A stretch of DNA of 64,000 bases from NCBI GenBank assembly GCA_021802655.1, contig JAJZRP010000004.1, forward strand, positions 3,288-67,287, read 5' to 3'. The notes under the pieces were generated by a model. That model had not been told where the DNA came from, did not search any database, and saw nothing but the letters and a program-made list of their open reading frames with translations. Position 1 is the stretch's first letter. The number at the start of each line of letters is the position of its first letter. Both the position numbers and the translations under genes were made by a program. The stretch is from Pseudomonadota bacterium. GTDB lineage: Bacteria > Pseudomonadota > Gammaproteobacteria > Burkholderiales > JABEVD01. Positions 39,137 through 47,702 of the stretch are shown piece after piece.

Positions 39137-41149
39137 TCAGGCGGCCCTCGGCAATGCTTCGCTCAAGTCGAGCTGGCTGTCGCGCTGCAGGCAATATTCG
39201 GCAGCCTCCCGGGTCCAGGCATCGAGCGACTCGAAGAGGCTGGAGAGCGAGTCCGTTTCGGAACCTTGAAGGCGCCTGACGATGTCCTCGAAAAAGTCGC
39301 TCAATTTCCCGGGAACCAGGGATTTCAGATGTTCGGAAATCTCCGAAAGCGCTTCCCCGGTATTGCCGCCGTGAAGATGCACGAGTCCCTGTCCGATCAA
39401 AATCAGGATGGACTCGGCGCATTTCGCAGCCTCCCCGTATTTGCGCTGCATGAAGAGCGCATCGCGATAGCGTCGCTCATGCGCCGCCTCGAAAAAGCTC
39501 GATCCGATCCTGACCTGGGATGCGCCCGCGCATTCGCCGCCGCCCAACTGGAGCACCTTGAATTCCCTGGATTCCCCGTGGTCGTGCAGGACAGAGAGGA
39601 TTTCGTCTGATTTCACTTCGACAAGATCCGAGAGCAGTTCGTTGATAACGTGTTGCCCGCTGTTTCTCACCCAGTCGAAGAAAGGCTCCTTGCCCCCATG
39701 GGCTTCTTTCAGACGCGAAATCGCCTCCTCTATCCTGACCGAGGGAATGGAAGGGCCCTTGATCGCAAGCGCACCTTCCCCCATGCCGTTTCCGCCCAGG
39801 TAGAGCTGGTAATGCGGAACGAGCTTGCCGTGAATGCGCCGCCCTTCCCCGTAGAGGCCGATGTCTCCCGTCTCGGGCTGGGCGCATCCATTGTGGCATC
39901 CCGATACCCTGATGCGCAGGTCGCTTTCCCCGCCGTCGAGCTTTGGCGCCAGAACCATGCTGGAGGAAATGCCCAGCCTGCAGGTAGTGGTGCCGGGGCA
40001 GGCAGTCACATTGTCCCCTGCACGCGGCTCCTTGAGACCGAGTTCCGAAAACTCCGCGCGCAATGCGGGGATCTTTTCCACCGGCACGTTCAAAATCATG
40101 AGGTTCTGGTCCTGGGTGGTGCGCAATTCATGGAGGCCATGCCTTCGCGAGATCCGGGAAATCCCCCTCAACTGATTCGATGAGAGGTTTCCCAGAGGAA
40201 GCGCAATGGGGAAAACGAACAACCCTTCCTGCTTCTGCCGGAAAACGCTCCTCGGCGCACCCTGACCGCAGGGCTTTACCGCTTCGCCCATCTTCCAGCT
40301 TCCCTCGGGATAGGGATGCTTCGCCAGCGCGCTGCGGGTTAGGGTCAGTTCCTCGCGATATTTCTCGACAAAGCCTTCTGCGCCGAAACGGTCGACCAGG
40401 AACTTGATCCTGGACTTGGCGCGTCTCGTCCTGTCGGAATAGCGATTGTGGAGCGAAACCAGGGCTTCCATCACGATGAGCAGTTCCTTCTCCTCAACGA
40501 AGGGTTCGACGATTATGGCTTCGTGAGGCTTGTGCCCCAGCCCTCCCCCTGCGTAAACCCTGAACCCGAAACGCCCTGCATCGCTCACTGCGACGATGCC
40601 GACATCATGGATCATGGCCTGGGCGCAGTCGGCTTCGCAGCCCGAGAGGCTGATCTTGAATTTCCGGGGCATCTGCTGGCTGAGGGGATTTCTCAGAAAA
40701 TGCAGCACCGCCCCTTCGAGATGCGTGGATACGTCGACATGCTCCCTGGGGCACACGCCTGCCATGGGGCAGGCGGTGATGTTGCGCACGGTATTGCCGC
40801 AGGCTTCCCTGGTGGTGAGATTCGCCCTTTCCAGGATGCGCATGGCCGCAGGGGTCTCGGCAAGCGGCACGGAATGGATCTGGATATCCTGGCGTGTCGT
40901 GACATGCACCGTATCGTTTTGCGAGTAGGTATCCAATACATCGGCTATCGCATCGATCTGCACCGGATTGATCGAGCCTCCAGGGATCTTCACGCGCAGC
41001 ATGTTGACTCCATCCTGGCGCTGCCCATAGACTCCCTGCTGCAACCGGATCGCAGTAAAACGCTCGGCATCGATCTGCAGATTGAAATAGCCCGCCAGCG
41101 CTGCCTCGAAGCGATCGATCTCTTCGGAATTCGTTAATATTTCATTCAT
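39137..41149 (-). CDS. cysI: siroheme/[4Fe-4S] sulfite reductase hemoprotein (ferredoxin-type NirA/CysI family) with a C-terminal extension of about 160 aa
   Basis: 670 aa. Cluster ligands ACPGTTTCRLG and SGCHNGCAQ, pseudo-repeat TACPMAGVCP / SGCEADCAQ. The core ends near aa 505 and the remainder (39137-39620) is a helical add-on. Confidence 0.8.
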   Translation of the reverse strand: MNEILTNSEEIDRFEAALAGYFNLQIDAERFTAIRLQQGVYGQRQDGVNMLRVKIPGGSINPVQIDAIADVLDTYSQNDTVHVTTRQDIQIHSVPLAETPAAMRILERANLTTREACGNTVRNITACPMAGVCPREHVDVSTHLEGAVLHFLRNPLSQQMPRKFKISLSGCEADCAQAMIHDVGIVAVSDAGRFGFRVYAGGGLGHKPHEAIIVEPFVEEKELLIVMEALVSLHNRYSDRTRRAKSRIKFLVDRFGAEGFVEKYREELTLTRSALAKHPYPEGSWKMGEAVKPCGQGAPRSVFRQKQEGLFVFPIALPLGNLSSNQLRGISRISRRHGLHELRTTQDQNLMILNVPVEKIPALRAEFSELGLKEPRAGDNVTACPGTTTCRLGISSSMVLAPKLDGGESDLRIRVSGCHNGCAQPETGDIGLYGEGRRIHGKLVPHYQLYLGGNGMGEGALAIKGPSIPSVRIEEAISRLKEAHGGKEPFFDWVRNSGQHVINELLSDLVEVKSDEILSVLHDHGESREFKVLQLGGGECAGASQVRIGSSFFEAAHERRYRDALFMQRKYGEAAKCAESILILIGQGLVHLHGGNTGEALSEISEHLKSLVPGKLSDFFEDIVRRLQGSETDSLSSLFESLDAWTREAAEYCLQRDSQLDLSEALPRAA

Positions 41150-41162
41150 GATTCTTCCTTTT

Positions 41163-41918
41163 TCAAAACACCAATTTACCGCCGATCAAAATCAGCATGC
41201 TGGCCAATGCCCCTCTCAGCATTTTTTCGGGAATCTTCGAACCGATATGGCTGCCGATATAAATTCCGGGCAAAGATCCCAGGAGCAGGCTGCCCAGCAG
41301 ATGAAAATCGACCGTTCCCAGAGCGGCGTGCCCCAACCCGGCAACGGCCGTCAGGGGAACGGCATGCGCAATGTCTGTCCCAACCACATTGGTTGCGGAC
41401 AAGCGAGGATAGAGGTAGAACAGCGCGACAGTGCCGAGCGCCCCAGCTCCGACCGACGAGAAAGTGACGAGAAAACCCAGAACCACTCCAAGGACGACTG
41501 TCGCAATGGCAATCCTGTCTTCCGCAATCCTGCCGAGTTTCCCTATCCTGCCCCTTGAAACAATCGCGACGGAGGTGAAGATGAGCGCAATCCCGAGGGC
41601 GGTCGAGATGAAAGCGGCCATGGCATGCCTGTCCACGGAGAGATTTTTCAGAACGAATATGCTCAGAATGGCAGAAGGGATGCTGCCGGATGCGAGCAGT
41701 CGTGCAATCTTCCAGTCGACATGGCCGCTCGTGCCATGCACCCATGCGCCTCCCGCCTTGGTGATCGCGGCATAAAACAGATCGGTTCCCACTGCGATTG
41801 CAGGGGGAATGCCGAACACGATCACGAGCAGCGGGGTCATCAACGATCCGCCGCCGACGCCTGTCATGCCCACAATGGAGCCTACAAGCAGCCCGGACAG
41901 GGCATATCCGAAATTCAT
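41163..41918 (-). CDS. TauE/SafE (TSUP) family anion exporter/permease
   Basis: 251 aa, highly hydrophobic, internal duplication with GxGGG-type motifs (VGMTGVGGGSLMTPLL / VGAGALG). First gene of the cys operon. Confidence 0.75.
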   Translation of the reverse strand: MNFGYALSGLLVGSIVGMTGVGGGSLMTPLLVIVFGIPPAIAVGTDLFYAAITKAGGAWVHGTSGHVDWKIARLLASGSIPSAILSIFVLKNLSVDRHAMAAFISTALGIALIFTSVAIVSRGRIGKLGRIAEDRIAIATVVLGVVLGFLVTFSSVGAGALGTVALFYLYPRLSATNVVGTDIAHAVPLTAVAGLGHAALGTVDFHLLGSLLLGSLPGIYIGSHIGSKIPEKMLRGALASMLILIGGKLVF

Positions 41919-42026
41919 TCGCTTCCTTCAGAAGTACCGATTGGGCTCATGATAGCAAGCATGCTATATATTATTAAATAATTTTATGTTAGAGTTTTAT
42001 AACCAATGGGAATTAGGAGGAACCTC

Positions 42027-42947
42027 ATGAAGCTTCAGCAATTGCGCTATCTCTGCGAAATCGTGCGTCAGGATCTGAACGTTTCCGATGCAGCAAGCTC
42101 GCTTTTCACTTCCCAACCCGGAATCAGCAAGCAGATCCGGCTGCTCGAAGAAGAACTCGGCATCGATGTTTTCGTGCGCAACGGCAAGCGCCTGGTTGCA
42201 GTGACCGAGCCGGGGCAGGCCGTGGTCTCGATCGCCCAGCGCATGCTGCAGGATGCGGAGAACCTGAAGCGGGTCGGGGAGGAATTCGGCGATCAGCCCG
42301 CGGGGTGCCTCAAAGTGGCCACGACGCATACCCAGGCGCGCTACGTACTCCCTGCCGTGGTGCAGAAATTCATCGCGCTTTACCCCGGAGTCACGCTCAA
42401 CCTGCACCAGGGAAGCCCGATGCAGATCGCCGAAATGGTACGGTCGGGAGAAGTGGACATCGGAATCGCAACCGAGGCGATAGAGCTATTCGAGGATCTC
42501 GCGATGCTGCCGTGCTATGAATGGAACAGGTGTGTGGTGACGCCGCCCGGCCATCCGCTATTGAAAAGCAAGCCGCTCAAGATCGAGGACATTGCGCAAT
42601 ACCCGATCATCACCTACGACTTCGCTTTCACCGGGCGCTCCAAGATCAACAAAGCCTTCGAGACGAAGGGGTTGAGTCCGAATGTCGTCCTGACCGCGAT
42701 CGACTCGGATGTCATCAAGACTTACGTGGGAATGGGACTCGGCGTGGGAATACTGGCGAAAATGGCTTTCGATTCCCACCGCGACCGCGACCTCAGATCG
42801 ATCGACGCATCGCACCTTTTCGAACCCAGCATGACGAGAATCGCAATCCGGAAAAACAGCTATCTGAGAGGATACATGTACGATTTCATCAGCCTTTTCG
42901 CGCCCCACCTGGATCGGGAACAGATCGATTCCAGGATGGGCGGTTAG
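42027..42947 (+). CDS. cysB: LysR-family regulator of the cysteine regulon
   Basis: MKLQQLRYLCEIVRQDLNVSDAASSLFTSQPGISKQIRLLEEELG is nearly identical in pattern to the E. coli CysB N-terminus. AGGAGG Shine-Dalgarno before ATG 42027. Divergent from the cys operon. Confidence 0.9.
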   Translation: MKLQQLRYLCEIVRQDLNVSDAASSLFTSQPGISKQIRLLEEELGIDVFVRNGKRLVAVTEPGQAVVSIAQRMLQDAENLKRVGEEFGDQPAGCLKVATTHTQARYVLPAVVQKFIALYPGVTLNLHQGSPMQIAEMVRSGEVDIGIATEAIELFEDLAMLPCYEWNRCVVTPPGHPLLKSKPLKIEDIAQYPIITYDFAFTGRSKINKAFETKGLSPNVVLTAIDSDVIKTYVGMGLGVGILAKMAFDSHRDRDLRSIDASHLFEPSMTRIAIRKNSYLRGYMYDFISLFAPHLDREQIDSRMGG

Positions 42948-44881
42948 TCCGCAGGGCATTCCCAGAAATATTTTCCGTTACCCAGGGGAAGCCGATCTTC
43001 AGGCCGTCCCGGGGCGAGCAGCCTGGCTCTCAATTCCTTGAGCGGAAGATCGAAAAGCGTTGACGGATCGGCATGCCTTTTCCAGATCATCGTATCCTTG
43101 GCGACGCTGTCGATGGAACAGGATATCCCGCGCGAGGCTTCCTTTCCCTCCTGCTCCATCGCAGCGATTTCCTCTTCGAGTTCCTTCTGCTCTTCCTGAA
43201 GCGCCCTGATTTCAGAATTGACTGAAGCAATGGCTTTCAGTTCTGGCGCGATCTTCGCACCCAGCCTCTGCCAGTTGCCTTTTTGCTCGTCCGTCAGGAG
43301 GATTTCCTTCCTTTGCAGTTTTCCCGCGATGAGAAGATAGCTCCTGACTTCCTGCTGTTCCGTAATGGAGGCGTACTTCCTGCGCCTTTCCTCGATTTTC
43401 AGTGCGATCTCATCGATCCGGTTTCCGATTTCTGCAGTTCTGGCTTTGAAGCCGGACAAATCCGGGAGCAGCACCGACACCACAGTCTGAATATCCTTGA
43501 GGGAATGGGAGATACCGATGTGAATTTCCTTCCCGGCCACGGCGCACCCTTCCGATATTTCGATTTCGATGGCCTCCCCTGCAATGGTGCAGTTTTTTGC
43601 AGATTCGACAACCGCGCGCGCGCCCACGATCAGGGAATTCTCGGCGCGCTTGATGGAGACCGTGCCATGCCTGGCATGAACCAGCGTATTGGATACCAAA
43701 CCTTCCACGGTGATGTCGCCGTCATGATTCGTCGCTGAACCGCCGACAAGGTTGCGCTTCAACAGGACTTTCCCGCCTGTGGAGACGACCTTCCCGTAAA
43801 CATTCGCCATGAGGGTGATATTTTTTCCCTCGACGACCCTGTTTTCCTGGACTTCCCCATGCTCCTCGAAATGCTCCCCGTCAAGCGAGATATCGCCTGT
43901 CGTCTTCATGCTGACGCCGGTGTAATTGACGATTTTTTCCATGACGGCGATTCGATTCGTCGCAGTGTCGATGTTAAGGAATCCGCTGATGCTGGCGACA
44001 ATGAATTCACCCTCGGCGGTGGCCTCGATGCGCGTTCCTTCGCCGGCCAAAGCCGAAAGATCGAAGTCCTCGGGCAAAGGGGGCTCGATCGGTTTCCCGC
44101 TGAGGTCCATGCCCGGGGTTCCCAGGATGCGTGGAGACTTTCTCAGAAGACGCTCGCCCTCCCTGATCTGCGGAAATCGGTTGCTGAATTGCCTCAGGTC
44201 GAATCTTCCGTCTCTCAGTTTGCGGGGAGAGTTGTCCCTGTGAAGCTTGTTCGTTTCTTCTTTCAGGCTGGAATCCTGGCCGTCGTTGGGAGGAAGAGAT
44301 CTGGCGAAAGTGAACCTGCCCGTTTTACCGCTCGCGATGACTTCCTTCACCACATCGGCGTCGATGCCGAAGCGGATGCCCTTCATCCACATGGCGGCGA
44401 CGAATTCGTCGAAGGAAAGCGCATCCTTTACCGTGACGGTCCTCTGCTCGACACCGACGACTTCCGGTACCCCATCCGCATTCTCTGCATAGAGGGGTTC
44501 TTCCACCGTCCTGTCGACCAGGAGCGATTCGAACAGATACTCCGCCTTCCCTGAAGAAATCCGCGCATCCCTGTAAAGTCTCAGCCTTTCGGGGGGGAAA
44601 ACCACGATATTGGAAGCAAAGCGCATCGTTCCAGTTCGCTTTACCGCAGAAGGATTCTTCGCGGCGATCATCTCGGGGGTATATTCACTGAGCAGTTCGA
44701 GAAATGCCTTGTAGTCGAGATCTGAGAAAAAGTATCCGGTCGAAAATACGCGCTCGGCGAAAAGCGAGAACTGCTCCGAAGACTCAAGCTTGGCCAGGTC
44801 GACAAAAACCCCGTCGCCCGTCTTGACGACGAAGCTGGAGACGCCGAATTCGTTGAAATGGGCTGGCTGATCGCTCTGCAT
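42944..44881 (-). CDS. FapA-like (DUF342) protein
   Basis: 645 aa. Central beta-helix-like repeat region (VSTGGKVLLKRNLVGGSATNHDGDITVEGLV...). C-terminal coiled coil (IRALQEEQKELEEEIAAMEQEGKE). Layout typical of DUF342, from memory. Confidence 0.6.
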   Translation of the reverse strand: MQSDQPAHFNEFGVSSFVVKTGDGVFVDLAKLESSEQFSLFAERVFSTGYFFSDLDYKAFLELLSEYTPEMIAAKNPSAVKRTGTMRFASNIVVFPPERLRLYRDARISSGKAEYLFESLLVDRTVEEPLYAENADGVPEVVGVEQRTVTVKDALSFDEFVAAMWMKGIRFGIDADVVKEVIASGKTGRFTFARSLPPNDGQDSSLKEETNKLHRDNSPRKLRDGRFDLRQFSNRFPQIREGERLLRKSPRILGTPGMDLSGKPIEPPLPEDFDLSALAGEGTRIEATAEGEFIVASISGFLNIDTATNRIAVMEKIVNYTGVSMKTTGDISLDGEHFEEHGEVQENRVVEGKNITLMANVYGKVVSTGGKVLLKRNLVGGSATNHDGDITVEGLVSNTLVHARHGTVSIKRAENSLIVGARAVVESAKNCTIAGEAIEIEISEGCAVAGKEIHIGISHSLKDIQTVVSVLLPDLSGFKARTAEIGNRIDEIALKIEERRRKYASITEQQEVRSYLLIAGKLQRKEILLTDEQKGNWQRLGAKIAPELKAIASVNSEIRALQEEQKELEEEIAAMEQEGKEASRGISCSIDSVAKDTMIWKRHADPSTLFDLPLKELRARLLAPGRPEDRLPLGNGKYFWECPAD

Positions 44882-44908
44882 GGGATTCCTGTTTTTATGC
44901 CACCGGAC

Positions 44909-44937
44909 AGTCTAGACTTTTTCCAACCTATTGACAA
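44909..44937 (-). promoter_or_regulatory. possible sigma70 promoter of the FapA-like gene
   Basis: Minus strand: TTGTCA (44937-44932), exactly 17 nt, TAGACT (44914-44909), about 28 nt upstream of ATG 44881. Confidence 0.35.
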
Positions 44938-44946
44938 TGAATAAAA

Positions 44947-45774
44947 TCAAGCCACTTCGAGATTGTCGATGAGGCGCGTCTTCCCCAGCCATGCCGCGCC
45001 CAGCACGATGAGATTTTTTGCGGAAGGCCCCGGCTTCTCCAGGCTTTCCGCTTCCCTGACTTCCAGATAGTCGACCTTCCAGCCGCGATTTGCAAGATCC
45101 TGCCGCGCTTCCGACTCGATCCGCCGGAAGTTCCTTTCGCCGGCAATCAGGGCAAGCTTCACCTTCTCGAGGTTGCGATGCAGCCGCGGCGCCTCCAGGC
45201 GCTCCGCCCCGGTCAGGTAGCGATTTCTCGAACTCATGGCAAGCCCGTCCGCCTCGCGCACCGTCTCTCCGGCGACGATAGAGATGGGGAGATCGAGCTG
45301 GGAAACCATTTTCCTGACAAGATGGAGTTGCTGGCAGTCCTTCTTGCCGAACACGGCATAATGGGGCTGGACAATATTGAAGAGCTTGAGAACGACTGTG
45401 GCCATGCCACGGAAATGTCCCGGGCGACTGGCGCCGCAAAGTTCTTCGGCGATCGGCGGCAGGTTCACCGTCACTTCCTGCAAAACGGGATAGAGTTCCG
45501 ATTCTTCAGGAGCGAACAGGACGTCGACGCCTGCCTTTCCGAGCTTCTCGCAGTCCTCATTGAAAGTACGGGGATAGCGATCGAAATCCTCACCCTGCCC
45601 GAACTGGAGCCGGTTGACGAACAGGCTCGCGACGACGCACCCGGCATGCTGTCTGGCGACGCGCATGAGTTCAAGATGCCCCTGGTGCAGATTCCCCATC
45701 GTCGGCACGAATGCAATGCCCGTCTCGCACCTCAATCTTTCGCGCAAGGCGGGAATGGTCCGCAGCACTTCCAT
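44947..45774 (-). CDS. panC: pantoate--beta-alanine ligase
   Basis: 275 aa with the FVPTMGNLHQGHLEL motif. Confidence 0.95.
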   Translation of the reverse strand: MEVLRTIPALRERLRCETGIAFVPTMGNLHQGHLELMRVARQHAGCVVASLFVNRLQFGQGEDFDRYPRTFNEDCEKLGKAGVDVLFAPEESELYPVLQEVTVNLPPIAEELCGASRPGHFRGMATVVLKLFNIVQPHYAVFGKKDCQQLHLVRKMVSQLDLPISIVAGETVREADGLAMSSRNRYLTGAERLEAPRLHRNLEKVKLALIAGERNFRRIESEARQDLANRGWKVDYLEVREAESLEKPGPSAKNLIVLGAAWLGKTRLIDNLEVA

Positions 45775-46562
45775 CAGAAAGTATGCTCTGGGCCGGGGAA
45801 AACGCCGCGTTTCACCTCAAAGACATAGCGCCTGACCGCATCCCCGATATCGCTCGCGTCCGCCATATAGTTCTTCACGAATTTCGCCCGCTTGCCGGGA
45901 TAAATCCCCAGCATGTCGTAGAGCACCAGGACCTGGCCGGAACATGCACCTCCCGCCCCTATCCCTATGGTGGGAATCGAGATGCTCTCCGTGATCTCGC
46001 TCGCGAGTTCCCCTGGAATCGCTTCCAGCAGAAGCATCGAGGCGCCTGCCTGTTCGAGCGCAACCGCTTCCCCGAGAAGGCGCTTCGCATCCTCTTCCGT
46101 CCTTCCCTGAACCCTGTAACCGCCGAGGCGATGTACAGACTGCGGCATGAGTCCGATATGGGCGCAAACCGGGATGCCGCGCTCGGACAAAAAGCGGACC
46201 GTGTCGAACATCGCCCCCCCCCCCTCGATCTTGACCATGTGGGCGCCTGCGGAAAGCAGCATCGCGGCATGCGAAAAAGCCTTTTCCGCATTTTCCTGAT
46301 AGCTGCCGAAAGGCATGTCGGCCATGATGAAGGAGGACTTCGAGGACTGCGCAACGCATTTCGTATGGTAAATCATCTCTTCCATGGAAACGGACAGGGT
46401 CGTATCCTTCCCCTGAATCACCATGCCCAGGGAATCCCCCACCAGCAGGATATCCACGCCCGCTGCCTCGATGAGAGCCGCAAAGCTCGCATCGTAGCAG
46501 GTCAGCGCTGCAATGGGGATGCCTTCCTCGCGCATCTTGAGCAGGGAAGCGAGCGTTTGCAT
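45774..46562 (-). CDS. panB: 3-methyl-2-oxobutanoate hydroxymethyltransferase
   Basis: 262 aa. LTCYDASFA, LLVGDSLGMV, VKIEGG blocks. Confidence 0.95.
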   Translation of the reverse strand: MQTLASLLKMREEGIPIAALTCYDASFAALIEAAGVDILLVGDSLGMVIQGKDTTLSVSMEEMIYHTKCVAQSSKSSFIMADMPFGSYQENAEKAFSHAAMLLSAGAHMVKIEGGGAMFDTVRFLSERGIPVCAHIGLMPQSVHRLGGYRVQGRTEEDAKRLLGEAVALEQAGASMLLLEAIPGELASEITESISIPTIGIGAGGACSGQVLVLYDMLGIYPGKRAKFVKNYMADASDIGDAVRRYVFEVKRGVFPGPEHTF

Positions 46563-47209
46563 CAGGCCCCTCTGCTGAAGAATTCCCGACCGCCGCGCAT
46601 CCGCTCGATGCGCTCCAGAAGCAGATCGAAGTCGTGGCTTTCCTCAATGAAATTGAAGTTGTCGCTGTTGACCATGAAAACCGGTGCCGCATCGTAATGC
46701 AGGAAGAACCTGCTGTAGCCCTCGACCAGCCTGCCCAGGTAATCTTCGGTGATCCCCTTCTCATAGGCCGCGCCGCGCCGCCTGACCCGCTCGATCAGCT
46801 TGTCGGGGGAAGCCTGCAGATAGATCACGAGATCGGGAACCGGCACCTGGGGCTGCAAATGCCGGTACATCTGCTGGTAAAGGTGGAATTCGTCGTCGCT
46901 CAGGGTCAGCCTCGCGAAAAGCGGATCCTTGTCGATCAGAAAGTCGGTCACCGTCGCCCGGCTGAACATGTCGGGTTGAATCAGTTCCTGAAGATCCTGG
47001 ATGCGCTGGAACAGGAAGAACATCTGGACGGGAAGGGCGAAGCGCTGGGGATCGTCGTAGAATCTCGCCAAAAAAGGGTTCCTTTCCGGCTTTTCAAGAA
47101 GGAGCCGCGAATGGTCGCCGAAATGGGCGGCGAGGCGCCTCGCCAGGCTCGTCTTGCCGACGCCTATCGGCCCCTCGACTGCGATATAGCTGTATTTTTC
47201 GAAAAGCAT
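46562..47209 (-). CDS. deoxynucleoside kinase family protein
   Basis: 215 aa. P-loop EGPIGVGKTSLA. Typical dNK size and position between folK and panB. Confidence 0.8.
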   Translation of the reverse strand: MLFEKYSYIAVEGPIGVGKTSLARRLAAHFGDHSRLLLEKPERNPFLARFYDDPQRFALPVQMFFLFQRIQDLQELIQPDMFSRATVTDFLIDKDPLFARLTLSDDEFHLYQQMYRHLQPQVPVPDLVIYLQASPDKLIERVRRRGAAYEKGITEDYLGRLVEGYSRFFLHYDAAPVFMVNSDNFNFIEESHDFDLLLERIERMRGGREFFSRGA

Positions 47210-47212
47210 GCG

Positions 47213-47701
47213 CTACTCCGTCATTTTCTGCAGAATTTGGCCGGACAATGCAGGCAGCAAATCTTGCGCCCTTCCGAGTCCGGGGATCTCGCAATCCGGC
47301 GCAATCTCGATAAGGGGGCACAACACGAACCTGCGTTCATGCATGCGGGGATGCGGGATGGTCAAATGAGGCCCGGACAAGACGAGGTCATTATACAACA
47401 GGATGTCGAGATCGAGCGTCCTTGGCGCATTCTGCTCCATGCGCACCCTGCCGCGGGAATGTTCGATGGAGAGCAGCGCTTCGAGCAGGGCATAAGGATC
47501 GAGCCCGGTCTCGACCAATGCCACCGCATTGACGTAATCCGGCTGGGCGATAGCGGATATCGGGGCGCTGAGATAGAGGCTGGATCGCGCAAGACATCGC
47601 GTCCGGGGCATGCGCGAGAGTTCCGCGAAAGCTGCGGCTATCTGCGCCTTCGGTTCGGAAAGATTGCTTCCGAGGGCGATGTACGCGCGGCTCCGAACCA
47701 T
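47213..47701 (-). CDS. folK: 2-amino-4-hydroxy-6-hydroxymethyldihydropteridine diphosphokinase
   Basis: ATG 47701 gives MVRSRAYIALGSNL...; PRTLDLDILLY and H.R.FVL blocks. The upstream extension of the listed ORF overlaps pcnB. Confidence 0.9.
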   Translation of the reverse strand: MVRSRAYIALGSNLSEPKAQIAAAFAELSRMPRTRCLARSSLYLSAPISAIAQPDYVNAVALVETGLDPYALLEALLSIEHSRGRVRMEQNAPRTLDLDILLYNDLVLSGPHLTIPHPRMHERRFVLCPLIEIAPDCEIPGLGRAQDLLPALSGQILQKMTE

Positions 47702-47702
47702 T

